A stretch of DNA of 64,000 nucleotides from Takakia lepidozioides. Taxonomy: Eukaryota; Plantae; Bryophyta. Both the position numbers and the translations under genes were made by a program. The notes below the pieces were generated by a model. It saw nothing but the letters and a program-made list of their open reading frames with translations. It had not been told where the DNA came from and ran no database searches. Location: the NCBI GenBank assembly GCA_030704615.1, contig CM060732.1:11842001-11906000 (forward strand), written 5' to 3'. This document shows positions 24,913 to 39,500 of the stretch, one piece after another (within the stretch, counting starts at the first letter, position 1; every line of letters begins with the position of its first letter).

Positions 24913-27205
24913 ATGCTCGGCTCTGCTGGTGCACGAACATCAGCCTCTGAGCCGGACGAGTCCGCCCCATCTGAACCGCCCCCCGAACAGAACTATGGTG
25001 ACATTGATCGTTCTCTCTCTGGTGGGCCTATGCATTTGCGGGACCTAGTCTTCGAATGCGCACAGGCTGTTTCTCAGAGTAATTGGGGACGAGCCCTTCA
25101 CATTCTTGGCTTGCTAGGGAGACGGATATCTGCGCACGGAGACTCGGCCGAACGTGTTGCGTTTTATTTCACTGAGGCTCTCGCCACTCGCATTTCGAAG
25201 ACTACAGGCAGTGAGGTCAGTGAAAAGTCCATACCGCTACATGCACCAATCGTATCTCTTTGAGGGTTTAGGAATCGGGGAGAATTGTTTGGAGCGCCCA
25301 TAGAAATGTTCATCCTTTCTGAGGTATCCTCAGTTGCTGATATCACCATAATGCGAGCCCAAGCGTGACTGTGCACCCCAATACATAAATCTCAAACGAT
25401 GTTGATCACGCGGGAATGGCAATTGCCTACTGGTCAGCGTGCACAAATCCTCCTATATCCGCCTGCTGGCTGAATGGTGTATACCTGTAGACTATATTTT
25501 GGGCATTTGCGATCTTTCTAGGCATGTGGCACGCACTTGGAAATGGACCTTTGCAGTCAAGCCCCGATGGCCATTGACGCCAGATTTCCATTAAATTGCA
25601 AGACAGGAGGTTTTAGCCTTCAGCTCCCAAGACATAGATGCAAGTATATGAGCTTGCCTTATTAGCCCACAATCGTTTACATGACCAGTTTGGGTTCTTC
25701 TGAATTTAAATTTTCAGACAGTTTCTATAACAAATCTAGCGTAGGAATTTTCGTCTCAGCATTTTAGAACCTGAGCTGTATACAGAGGGTCAGTAGTTTG
25801 GGTGCGGCCCCGGCTGAAGGTTCGCAGAAATCAAGCATATTCAATCTTTAAATGTCCTGGAGAGTAGTGTGAGAAGACATAGATCTGACGTGTGAATATT
25901 GCACACGAAGCACTTCACTGAACTCATTGGAGTTGACAATGACTCAGGGAGTGCATATAAGCTTTGTGCTGTTCGTAAGATGCGGAATCCTGTACAGCGA
26001 GTGTCACTCTCAAGTCTTTCTAGCCTCCCCATAGGCCCGTGATTGCTGGTAGCTTCTTAGGGTGTTCTGGGTCACTCTCTTAAACATGTCCTCGGAAACA
26101 GACTGCAAGTTACGGGTTTTGAATTCCTTGCTGTATTGTGAACCTCTACTTGACTGTGTTCCATCGATGGCTCTATATCTTAGGCTCGAGAGATATTCAG
26201 AACACTCCTGAATGCACTAGCTTGTGGAATCCTACTGGCTTTTAGATTATTCTGACGTTGTGGCTCTGGCAGGTGTACTTGCCTGCACTGCCAGCACATC
26301 CTCCGACTACGCCTATAGAAATCGAATGCGCTTACTTGGCCCTCAACCTGAAGACACCTTTTCTTCGTTTTGTGCATCTCACAGCCAACCAAGCAATATT
26401 GGAGACGCTAGAGGGAGAAAAGTTTCTACACATCGTGGACTTCGATATAATCCATGGGGTTCAGTGGCCTCCCTTAATGCAAGCGCTTGCTGACAGACGA
26501 GATGCCCCCCTGCACCTGCGCATTACGGGCATAGGAAGGGACGCACAAATCCTGGAACGAACAGGGAGACGACTCGAAGATCTTGCTCGCTCTCTGCTTC
26601 TGCCCTTCGAATTTCATGCAGTGAATCATCTGACCCTTGAGTCGTTGGACCCTCAAATTCTGGGGATACGCACAGGGGAAGCCCTTGCGGTCAACTGTGC
26701 GTTACATCTGCACCTGTTGCTGGAGAAGGGAACCGAAGCTCTTGCATCTTTCTTGAAGATGGTATACTCTCTCGCCCCCAAAGTGGTGACTCTCGGTGAG
26801 AGGGAGGCCAGTCATAACCAACCCTTTTTCTTGGAGCGGGTCGATGAGGCACTTCATCACTACTCCGGTCTCTTCGATTCTCTCGACGCAACTTTGCGCC
26901 CAAGAAGCCCTGAGAGGGTAGATATAGAACAGATATGGTTTGGGAGGGAGATTGCCAATATTGTCGCATGCGACGGCTCAGACCGGGTTGAAAGGCACCA
27001 GAGGTTTGAACAATGGCGGAATGTCATGGAGGCAGCAGGATTCCGATTTCTCACCCCAAGCAGTTATGCTCTCTCTCAAGCAAGACTTCTACTCAGACTG
27101 CACTACCCGTCGGAGGGCTACCGACTCCAGGAGGATGATGGATGTCTATTGCTGGGCTGGCTGGATCGCCCCCTTTTTGCGGTATCTTCTTGGCATACAG
27201 TTTGA
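24913..27205 (+). CDS. LAS: GRAS transcription regulator, LATERAL SUPPRESSOR/SCL18/MOC1 subfamily; exons 24913-25215 and 26273-27205 (411 aa; alternative in-frame ATG at 24829)
   Basis: N-terminal MLGS, GDSAERVAFYFTEAL, TPFLRFVHLTANQAILE, LHIVDFDIIHGVQWPPLMQALADR, ALSQARLLLRLHYPSEGY and C-terminal SSW. Phase-0 GT-AG intron 25216-26272. Confidence 0.92.
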
Positions 27206-30200
27206 TTCAAATATAGTCGTTTTTGCAGTCTGTTTTTGTACGGGCCATCACTGAAATCAATAGATTCCTGGTCTCAAAATTGAAATTTGGTTCCAGCACT
27301 GAAGAGGATGAGGTGCCTGACCGTTCTTCCCTGGACCAGTATCCATGACGTCAATGATGCCTTACTCAGTGCCTGCTGGTATTGTTGCGAATTGCATGTC
27401 CATTGTCACCAATAGCTCAACTGGTCTTTTTAAACGTTGTTACAATGGAAATGCACCTTGAACCCACCTGGCCCCGGCGATCAAAAGAGAAGGAGTCTGC
27501 TCAGAAAAGCTACCCCTTCTGTTGACAAGGGCACTGGAGTTAGGAATTGGACATTTGACTGTTTGGGAGGAAAACGGGCGACTGCTACATTGTAGACGCA
27601 TTTACAATGCTTAAAATTTTGTTCGTTAAAACTGTTCGGGACTTTACAGCTCAAACACCAGGATCCGGCCCCTTCGGTTTTTCCAGGCTTGGGTTAAGTA
27701 TCAGTACGCTGACTTGCTGCTGGGGTCTTGCTGTTGAGGCACTAACCATTTTGCTGTTATTAGGACGACATCACCACACGAATCGCCAATAAGAAAAAGT
27801 GGGGACAGACAGAAGATATATGTAGCGCAGCGCACTTACCACTGTTGGTACAATGTTCCAGTTAGTCTTGGAAGTTCATTCTTTCTCCTGAAATATCAGG
27901 ACGGACAACAGATCTGTTTCATAAAAAGAGAATCTTTCATTGATTCAGTTTCGAACGATTCTTGATTAATTGCTGTGCGTTATCAATTGGCTCTTCAAGA
28001 TGTAGACTCTAAAGCCCTCGCTAAGTTGGACTGGTGAGTGCTGTTTTCCTGGTTGTGGAGAAGGCAACTAGTTTGTAGTAATTGCTTCTTGATCCCTTCA
28101 TGACGGTACTAGGACTGCGCTGTTTCTACAATAGAATGAACCAATTTTACTAGCAGACTCCCAAGCTGTAAGGCTACGTTCAAACGCTACTACTTCCGTG
28201 CTCTAACTAAACTGTCAAACAAACTGGTCTGCTGTGAGCACTCCTAGTGTTGCTGGGGGGGCAAGATAGATTGTCGACAGTTTCAACTAAAGTGGTGAGG
28301 TCAGCCTGGTCAGGACCAACCAGTTTTTTGAGGGCATTTGGAGAATTTGGATCGTTCCTGGTAAACCTCGTGCTGATCTGAGACCATACATATATCCTAG
28401 AATTCTGCATGCACACGGAAGTTTATAGTTTTACCGGAAGCTTGGGAGGGCGACTAGGGGGCGACTATAATTTCCAGGGAAAATTTCTTGTTTTAATGCC
28501 AAGCACTTGGTAGTCCTGTATAGGTGGAATTAAACTCTCGAGTTACCATCGCTGCAGTCTTGAGCGACTTATGCATACTATGCATCGCTGCCAGCTTCAT
28601 GATCTAGACTGAACCAGTTCCTAGAAGCGTATAATGAAGCCGCAGATGTTTGCAGGGTTGTCAGCGGTCAGAGCTCCTTTTTGGAGACTCATGTTGGTTG
28701 AGCCATCACTTGCAAGTTAGGTGATGCATGCATGCAGATTCACAGCTGAAGTATCATGCCTGGTGGCTTGAAGGATGTTAACTGGCGCAGATCCTTCAAC
28801 CTGGGAAGTGCGACGTCATGCAGATGGATTAAATGCTCAAACCTATGTCTTCCAATCATCTGAGTCTCTGCAAATTTGGCTTCAGACTGATTGTCGTGAC
28901 AAAGGTTCGTCTAGGCAACTTGAGTGCAGCAAAATTACCACTTCGCAAATTTTACTCCACGAAGCATGTCATCTTGACAATTTACTCCTTTACCTGATCA
29001 ATTTGGGATCGGTTCAAGGACTTGATTTATCAGTTTGCTACGGGAGGCTAGTCTCTAAATAGCGAAAAAGGAACTTGCATGTATGTGGATGATTCCAGAG
29101 GCTCCACGAAGCCAAGCCTGATTATCAGGCCTTGACTTCTAGACCGAGCTTCATGCACTTTGTTCAAGTTACCCAGCACCGTCCCTCTGCGTTGCATCTG
29201 TGTTGCTTCATTGGTACTACTTCATCGCCTGCTGAATATGTGAAAGCTAGCACCATGAGCGACAGTAGTTGTGTTTGGTTTGTGTGATAGCGCCAAACTG
29301 TCCTTCGGACTCTTCCTTCACCGTGACACTTTTCTCGGATCTTTCCTCTCTTTTCAGCCACTCGTTTTCACGGGGATATCTTGTCATCTACTACATCTGG
29401 ACAACATTGTGGACAGATCCTAGGTGGATATCATTAATGTGAGGATCCTGGAGTTGATCTTACCTGACGTTAGATCGATACATTCTTGGAAATGATGTGC
29501 TTACTTGCTGTACTTCCATTTCGCAATCTTGATAAGCTTTTGTTTGCGCTACTCAAAAGTGCTGAATTTGGCGGAAGAGAGCTACGTGACCGGAACACTG
29601 ACTTCGCTGCTGGTCCCAAAATTCCAATCATTCTGATCACCACCTAGTATGCATGATAGTTCGTTATCCTATTATTACACTTAGCACTAAATCATCAGAC
29701 TGCAGGAACAAAGCTACAAGTTTTGAGCAAGACAGATCATGCAATTTACATTGTATGAAGGATTCAATCGAGAATCCAACCTCCAGAAAGTCATGCCAGT
29801 GAATGTACCTTGGTAAGTTCCTTTGTTTTCACCAAAACACAGTATTACAACGAACGGCTGACTAGCCACCAAGCCGACGAGTTGGCCTCAATAAAAGGTA
29901 CAAAATTTACTGATTGGTTCTTCATCGAAACTCATTTCTTTAGAAGTTGCAGCATATAACAGCGCTAATCAATCAAAGAATTAGAACAAGCCCTTGAAGA
30001 TTAAGGTTCTGGTTGACAGGTTGCACGGTCCTACAGCTATGTTGTGCACCGGGCAAAACCGTGCAACGCATCAAACCTACTGGTTTGAATCCTGCATGAC
30101 CTGTTCTCTAGTTGTTGAGTTTGTTTAGAGTCAGCACCCGTTGGTCAGAATCGTCAGCGTTTATAAGGGGTAGAGAGGGTTACTCTCAGACATATCAGCA

Positions 30201-33200
30201 GAGCCTTTCAGTTTGCAGAGAGTGGTCCAACACAAATCATCGGAGTACTGATTAGTGGTCAGTACTAAGAAACCAACCTAAGAGTTCGCAAGAGACAACT
30301 CCAGGAATTCCTGATTAAGTATTTCTCACGACCGTCGTGTAAGAGGAGAAAATGGGAGGGTCTATAGTCTATAATGCTAATTCGAGTGCTGGAGGATATC
30401 AAGTCTTCGAGATTCTGAGCACTCCTGGAGCAGTCTTGGGTGAGCTACAATTCATCATGGTTAAACATTTGATGAAGATCGGTAGCAATCGATTAAGTCT
30501 GAAAAGTTGATAAGATTCGCACTATATTTCCACAAGTCGTTGACGAGTCCCATTATCACAACCAGTGGCCCCATCTCCGTTTTTCTTCGGAAGCTCTTGA
30601 ATCCTATACCGTGTACACAAATCATAATCCATACCAAGGACAATGCAGAGACAACGTTAGCCACCAGATTACAGCTACTTAATCTTTACTTGCTACTGGT
30701 TAGACCAGTACTTTGCTGTAGAATGGCGGGGATCTCAAATCGGGCTCAAAAACGTAATTTAGTGATGGGTCCATTCCTGGTTCTGCACAGGTCTAGTCTG
30801 TAGTATGCTATGTACATACTCAACTAGACAAGCTGCCAAACACCATACAAGTATGTATACCTTAACAAGCCCAGTAATCCCTCCTTAATCACAGTTTTCA
30901 TACGGGCACACATGATTGCCACTAATCCTCCACTAAGCGGCACTCACTTGACTGCCACTCGGGAATCAAATCCATCACCCGTGGATCAAAACAAGAGTGC
31001 GAGTCATTCTCCTCGGGGCACTCCTGCTCTGCGTTGTCACAGCAACTATGGTTTCCATTTAATTCTCCCGGAGGATTCCTTACACTTTGGCTGATGAATG
31101 AATCACTTACAAGACTTGCTGATAGTCGTCTGAAAGCATCCAAACGATACAACAAAAGCATCTCACTTTACCACCCCACAAGTCCTCTCCTCCTCCCACA
31201 TGCCTCTGGCAGTCTATATAAGAGTGGGGTGGCAGTGCCCACATGGAAACTGGCACACAACATCAAAGGGAACCACCAACTCATGACTACCAGACTTTTT
31301 CTCCCAGCAAAGCACACCAGCACAAACGGTATTCATCCAACATCTCTCGGCTCATCCAGCTCCCAGCTGCGATTTTGGGTGGATGAATCAAGAACTGTCC
31401 ACATGGGTACCAGAGACCCATAATTCAATGCATCAATCAACAACCCATCTTCCCCATAACTGTATAGAGAGAAAATTGTAGCAATTACCATCTTTGAGTT
31501 ATTGTCCTCTAATTTGACTCATTCATTCGATGATTTGGAGAAGATGGGTCTTATGATTGGAAAGACTATCCACACTCATTTACTACTCACACTTTAACTC
31601 CCCAAACTGAGTTGCTGGTGGTGCCTGTAATAAACCCAAAATGATGGTTAAGTTTTGGCCTGTAATAGCCGTTGTCATGGCCCCACGAAATGCCAAAAGG
31701 CATTGAAAGCTGCAGCATTATGTGATGCAGGGTCAATTCCTCTCTTAATGGCCTAACACCAATCATTTCAGATACCCTCAAGTGCCCCATAACTAGTGCA
31801 CTTTAATATGTCTCAATGGACTACATACCTACTCATTACACTTGTAGTTGGATGCTTACTACTCATTACACCTGTTAGTCACTTACTACTTACTAGGCTA
31901 GTGGTAAGTAATTTTCTAAGAAAGTTTTCAATCTAGGTTAAGGAGGATGAGAAACTAGGCCTACTTTTGTGCTCCATTCAGTCAGTCACTGTGAAGGATT
32001 CCGTTGGGTGGGACAGGGACTGGAAATGCTGGTAAAGGAATGTATCTTCCAGCTGCTTATGGCTAGCAACAGTAGCAATCAATACAAGCTTTGGCCATAG
32101 CCCTTTTTTCTTTTTCTTTTGAAAAAAAACAGGACGGAACCCTTTTTCCTCTCACTGTAATTAAGGGGGATTCCCTTCCTTCAAAAGAAAGGAGAAAAAA
32201 TATTAAAGGTCTCGGTGATATTGTTCTTTTCTTCTCCATGTTGAGGTAACTACTTAGTGTAGCTGCAGGTGATTGCTGCAGGTGACACAAGCATTCCTTG
32301 GTTGTCACGTCAGGAACATGTGTTGTGCAAACTGACAATCTTTCTTGGGCGACTCCATTCTCTTGTACTTGCTGCTAAGAAATGTGCTCATTTTTCGTCA
32401 CAATCTGGCACACTGCTGGAGGGGGCTGATGCTTCCTGGGATGCATCAGAACTCCTTCACAGAGATGCAATCAGTTCCCATGCAATATGTGTTTCTGCAC
32501 TAATGTGGAGCCGAGGCTTTGCATGTCATGGCAGACCCAAATAAATGGAAAGCAATCCAATATTCTTGGTGTGGGAAGCTGTGTCTAAGCTGTTGGTGCA
32601 ACCACGTGGTATAGTTAATTTCACTGTGCCTGACAATTGCTAGAGAGTTGTGGCTGCTCTTAATTACCCATTGGGTTGACGTATGAGACACCAGGAGACA
32701 CTACTGTCGAAGACAACCCAATGCATGCAAAGACCACACACCTACTGAATCAGGGGGTGTGTATGCAATAAGGTGGGTTACATTCTAGCACTTGGCTTTT
32801 GCAAACGTAGTTTAAGAGTATTGGCTTATAGCATTTGCTGTGCACCCTCAACAACCACCAGCTAAAAAAGGGTCCACTCCCAAGTAATGTAAATACTAAT
32901 GCTGGCGCAACTTAAAGGGTGCCTTGTGTGATAGATATCAATTATCGCAAGTGGCCAAGATAACTAACCCATTTCCAGAATGAGTGCAACTGCGCTGGTA
33001 TCATGTGCACAAAACCTAATTGCTAAAGGTCTATGAATCAGTAAGCTGTGACCACAGGGCTTGAACATGCTTTCTGGGCAATTATATTGATCGCTGTGAG
33101 GACATAATTTCACTGCCTCTGGACCTGGCTTTCCTGGTGTGATCAGCTTATTCGTCAATGGTATTGCTGATGTGGGAATATAACAATTGATGCCTGTTAG

Positions 33201-33582
33201 GCCCCACTCAGGAAAAGACAGCTTTCTCTCATCTATGACATCAACTGCAAGGGAGGCCAAATTGTGGCCTAGCTAGTTTATACATCTGACCCTTCCTATG
33301 TCATTTAAGACTTTTCCCAATGGACATCACTGATGGCAACCATCATCTTCGTTTCACTGGTTGCAGCCAATCTCGTTAATGTGTAAGGCTGCAGATCTAT
33401 GCCGGATGGGGACCCAGTATTGTAAGCTCACAGGCCCATAGAGTGTTTGCTTCACAGGACCACTGAACTGTACAACTTGAGATCAGCGAAATATTCATTG
33501 CCCTTTTTTGTTGGAAAAATTATCGAGGCAAGCATGGCTAGGTTTGCCAAAAGCCATGGAAAGACCTGTTGGATGAACTTGG

Positions 33583-36500
33583 TCAGGCATACTCTCGATT
33601 GTAGTCAGCTTCTTCATCTGCGGGGACCCAAGGTCGAAGAAGAGACTCTACGGTAAGCCGACGAGCAGCACTTAGCATGGCAATGAAGAATCGGCATCCA
33701 TCAATCTTGTACTCTTCAAGTGGGTTCATGTGGCCAAAGGACCGGACATTCACCTGCCACATTGGATGAAGATTATCAAATTAGAAGAACGTTTAACAGC
33801 TTTACTTTCCATCAACTCAGACAACTAGCACTGCAAGCCCCTATACTCATGGCCTAAAAACACAATTCCAAATTCTGTGTAGGGCACATACAGCGGCACG
33901 AAGGCGGTTCATATTGACAAGATGGTCCCTCCAGTAGCGGTCGAGTGCATTCACTGCCAACACCCTCTGTGTGAAAGGTGCGCCCCCAAGCCCCCCCATC
34001 CCTCAGGTCATTTTTTAAATGTCCATAATACACACAACAATTGCATGAAGTATTCCAGTTTCTGGAAGGTTAGCAGAATGGATGGCAGTGCCTACCTCAA
34101 CTTGCTCGATACGAAAATGGGACAAGCGAGAAAGCTGCTGCTTCTCCTCATATGTGGCTATGAGAAGGTCACTCATGTACTTTCGCAGCAGCTGCACCTC
34201 TCTTTGATACTTCCCCTTACTTCCCTCACCAAAGTGCCCAAATTCCTGGTCGTCAATATAAAACTTGCTTCTATCACAGGCTTGTGAGTTGAACCATGTG
34301 ATCAATTTTCATGCAAAGATGCATTAGAAGTGAACCGAATGCAAATGCTGGTAGACAAGCTAGATGTTGACAGACAACAGATTGCATGAAAAGACGGTAG
34401 CGGGGACAAATTCACTCATGGCCCACTGGAGTAATGACCATCCAGAATACAACAGACTTCACATCATTTGTATAGGCGACTTAATAAATACCAATAACCG
34501 AGTTTAATGTGGGATTTCAGTTCAGGTGGAGTGATAGAGATCCCTGCCATAAGGTCCTTTCATATAGCAGGCTGTTTTCCTGACACGACAAGTGCATAGA
34601 AGACTTCACTACTGTCGAAGGTTTGCTCAACTTACGAAACAGAGCCATCAGAGGTCATCTCCAGCCACCGCTTCAGAGCACTGGCCTTGCTACGTAGGCC
34701 TCGAGAATATTCTGAAGTAGGTAAGCCGGGCAGCACAAATGTATCAAAATCTGCCTTCTCCAATCCTCGAAGTGCAGCCACTACCATATCTGCTGTGACA
34801 TCACTCAGCGCATCTATGAATGCCCATGCCCCATCCCCCGCATCGTACCATCAGCATGAGAGCCCAAAAGATCTTGTCTCTTCACTTATGTTCAACATAA
34901 ACTAACATAATGCCCACCTGAAACTATGTAAACTTATTTCCCAGTTTGAATCAAGTTAACAGAGAGAAGTCCCCGAGTAGAAGTTGCTATAGTGATGATC
35001 ATGTGAGTTCGACTTTTGCAACACCACCTAAGCCTGATGCTTCTAAGCCAATGTTGGACCAGCTCATTCAGTCAGTCATTATCTAAGACAGGAAAGGTCA
35101 AAGCAGGCTCAATCTAGAAACAGATATGTCATTAACCTGAAGTGTCTTCCAAGTTGGAAAGGTTGATCGCAAATGTGTTGTTAGCCAAATCATGAAACTC
35201 GTCTAGAATACTATCTATCCTCCAAGCATCTGGCGGCTGCACCAGCACACACCCACCCCAACAAGGCAAAGAATTTTGTTGTTGGATTTTCATTTCCTGA
35301 AAGGAACAGAGACTCTAAAGCTGTGCTGCTACTCATGTCCTGGTAGAGACCCTCGCCTACATCTCTTGAATGTCTCAGTATGCAACTTTACACTATCAGC
35401 TACTCTTCTCTTTTCATATTTGGTTTAGAAACAGCATACCTTGGACGAGTCAACGTTATGGAGGACCATTTCATCAGCCACAGCTTGCATGTACCTGCTA
35501 GTTTATTGCTAAGAATCAGAACACAACCCTGAATCGGCTAGCTTTGTTACTCATCAAATCAGACCAACTACCTGCTTTAAACTTGACAGTTTGAAAGTTA
35601 AGGACGACTGAGATCATTAGAGCATAGAAAGAGGGGCCTAAAGTAGAAGACCCGGTGCTTTTCATACCTACCTTTGAGATTTGATGAAGAGAATCAATCT
35701 AGTGCCATGGGACATTTGGCAATGAATGATCAATGATTAGGTGTTGACCACATATAACAAGGGCGAATTCCGAAGCCAGGATCCAAAAACTGGGAGGATA
35801 GCCACAGAGTTACTCACTGAAAGAACCGCTGCCGACAGCAGTAAGGATCATCCAACAACATTGCTTGCCGCAAATTATATACATGTTTTCTTTGTACCTA
35901 CATCATGCGACCAGCCTCTGATCTCAAAAACCAAATCCAAGCTAGACATTGAGGTATGAAGAAGTCATTTACATAAACCCACAGGAGTCCCCCACACGTG
36001 TGCCCACCACTTGGGCCTCCAGTTTCACAATTTAACCCTCCACTGAACCAGCTTCTAAAACACTGACAGTTGGAATAGCACCTGATGCATCCATGAATGG
36101 AGAATAACCACTGTCAGGTCCCTGCATAATGAAAATGAGAACAAAAAACTTAAAGCACCTTACCTCCATGACTTCATCAAACTCAACCAAACTTTTCCTA
36201 ATACCGAAGTAGTACCGTTCAGCAGCTGTTTGCAAGGAAAGAAGCTGCATGCATGCCAAGCAAACCCATCCTTTGAACAAAAAGAAATTAACATAAGAGG
36301 CAGCTGTCCAGTGGAACATACGCACAAAATCTTACAAGTGAATGAAGTTTACCAACCTTGAAGAGACTGATAAGACAAAAGAAATAAGAAAGCATACCAG
36401 GAAATTGGAGCTGGCCATCTGTACGTGGAGCATAGAGACCTCCATATAACATGATATGTGAGAGGCATTTACAATATGATAAAGCTGAGCATTGAGTCTG

Positions 36501-39500
36501 AAATAGAGCTGGTTTGTAACGCACCTGCTTTGTCAAAGAGCCGTATTCAAGAGGGATATCTTCCTCAAGGCCAAGTTTAAGGACAATAGTATTTGCCCAG
36601 TCTGTGTTGAACTTCCTGAACATTTCATCCTGCAGACTGCTCCCCACCAGCCAAAGAACTCATTTCCCTTCCTCATGCTATCTATCTACTTTTATATCAC
36701 AGAAACCCCACGATATCCATAGCCTTGTAAAATGCAGACCACTCTCCTTTGACTTGGACAATAGGAAACACGCTTTGCACAATAATGCAATATATTACCA
36801 GTTTTGAGGCAGTGGTGAAATAGGAAGAGAGAGAAGGAAGGACCTGCATACATGTACCCTCACCAAGGGCTAAGGCGCCAAACCAAACCAAACCCTGGAT
36901 GATCCAAACTTTAAGAGTATAAAATCTTAGAGGGCCATAGATCAACACCAAATTGTGTTGAAAAGTTTGCTCCTTCTTGAATGAACTTCCCTAGGCCACC
37001 ACCTATTAGCAAAAAGGCATGAGACAAAGATGTCAAAGAAGACCTGATCATGAAGCGAGTGGATCCGGGGTCACCCTGTCTGCCTGCCCTTCCTCTTAGC
37101 TGCACAAATTGTCAGGAACAATAAATAGACGCTTAAGGTGGCTCTTTTGAAGGCAATGGCAAAGTCTCCCATGTGACTAACTTTTTCCATTGAAGTCTTG
37201 TGTGGATTTCAAGTTTGCAATCAAATACTATTGGTTTCTCCCGCAGGATTCATCCCCGTGCAATTATTTTCTGAGATTACAGGGCTTGTTTAATAGTATT
37301 GGTTCCCAGGTTCTCCCTCACTGATTCAACGTGTGTGCCTTACAGCTTTGGAGGGTTTAATTTTCTTTCCCTCGAATCATTCCAAATAAAGTCTTCATGG
37401 ACCTCCTCCCCTTTTCCAAAAAATAACCTAAAACTAAAGCTAAAACTTTGCTCCAAAAGACACAAAGCAGGCAATCAGAGATTTACAAATCCAGCTGTTG
37501 CTAATTGACAACCTTTGATGCTAACAATGATAGCATAATCCAGGAGAACTCTAGATGTTTCAATCGACTCACAGACCAGAACAGCAACCCAACCAAGGCA
37601 ATTACATTCATATGCAGAGCATTTTTTCTGGTCCCATCCAAAGAAGCTAAGCAACAAGAGAAAAGAAAAGCCACATCTTGATATGCCCGTATGGCTGCTG
37701 AAAGAGAAATGGCAACATGGTACTTTTGGCACTAGGTTTTGATATGTGCACACCTGGTTGTCAATACGACGGGACTCATGCAATGCAGTCCCTATCACAT
37801 GGAGCCCACCCAAGTCCTTGACCTCTGCTCCCTCAATGCGGCAATGGGCATGGCAGTCACGCAGAGTGGAAAGGTAAGCCAAGGCTATAGCAGGCCCCAG
37901 AGTGATGGTCTCAGCTCCACGGGCAGATGCCATCTCCTGGAGCTCTTCCTCCCTTTGGGTTTTAGCAAGCTCCAATGCTGTTGCTAACCTAGCCTTTGCT
38001 TCACCGTAGTTAGAATTGATCCCATTCAGCCCAAATACATATTTCGCTGCACTCACCAATAAAGTTCAGCAAGGTTAGCCAGATGGTGAAGTAGTTTGTG
38101 AGCAATTTCAGTGAATGCTCGAGAGGTCTCGACACTGAAAAGAACTTACGGAATATGATGTGGGCATGAACTAATGAGGAAACACAGGGAAGGAGAGCAG
38201 TCGGTATGTGTGTGGAATAATTACCTGCAAGGCTGGCTCTCGCGAGCCTTCCTTGTGTTGCTGGACTTAGCTTGATCTTTGAAAGTCCCTGCACACAACC
38301 TTTGCGTTAGAACCTGTATGGTGTTCTAATTTGTCCCATAGACCTCTTCTAGTGCACATAATAATTATCCTTCTTCTCCTCTCAGATTTTGGCCAAAGAC
38401 ACCTAAATCAACACAAGTCATGTTGCACGAGAAACAGATGCAACAGAAGGACAAAGACCTACAAAAGATTGAGTTACTTACCAACTGAGAGAGAGGGGCA
38501 CCATCAGTGTCCAGATTAGGAGCCTCACTGGTCATGAAGCGTAGCAAACTTCCCTCAACAATCTCCTTGGCCAGCATCTTTCAAGATGCAATAGTAATGT
38601 CAGCATGATCATGGGACATGATAGCATGCCTAGTCATCTCAGCAGCATTCTACACACATGATAGCATGCTAGTGATCTTAATGTCACACCAAGATTGTGG
38701 TCAAGAGGAGAAGTCGAATCCAACCCTATTCCAACTCCTTTCCCTCTGTCAATCTTTCTTATCTGGGGAAAGACAACTGAGCCAAGGGCACAGATATGAT
38801 CCCTTCACTTGTCAAGCCAAGCATAGCCCAGGGCACCAGTATGGGGATAGCCCATAACCCTCCCATAGGCCCTCAGGGATCTCTGGGTCTCTATTGGACT
38901 AGTTCACTCTTCTTGTTCTTCTTCTCTTCCTGCTCTTCTGCAACCACCACAGCATAAACGTTCCAGGTACAGGCTGGTGGAATCTGTGCCAAAATCAGTC
39001 TGTTTGATCTTCTATGTCCCATCCTCGCTTGGATGTAACAAGTTTATTATTTTCTTCTTCCCATTATCTTGGACAAATGCAAACGCAATCGGAAATGGAG
39101 GACATACCTCAGGATTCCCACCTAAGATAATGTCAGTGCCACGTCCAGCCATGTTGGTAGCAATGGTGATTGCATTTTTCCTGCCTGCTTGTGCTACAAT
39201 CTCTGCCTCCCTTGCTGAATACTGTAGCATCACCCACACTATCAGGTAGCAATCGTGATTGCATTTTTACTGCCTGCTTGTGCTAAAATCTCTGCCTCCC
39301 TTGCTGAATACTGTAGCATCACCCACACTATCAGCAAAGAAACCACTACAGCCACATACGTCAATCTTGCCCAGAAAGATAACTCAACGAGAATGGCAGA
39401 AGACCTTGGGTCGAGCATTGAGGACATTGTGAGGAATACCGCACTCCTGAAGTAGTTCTGACAGGTACTCTGATTGCTCAACACTGCACGATCCAACCCA

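Noticed and set aside
26399-26419. Possible miR477 site in the GRAS CDS (ttggagacgctagagggagaa)
   Set aside because: Against miR477 as recalled there are about four mismatches plus a wobble, including opposite miRNA position 10. The match is explained by the conserved ILE.LEGE codons.
27300-33500. Hidden gene or lncRNA between the GRAS gene and the SecA2 3' end
   Set aside because: Only scattered splice-like signals and short ORFs; no coherent exon chain or recognisable motif found by eye
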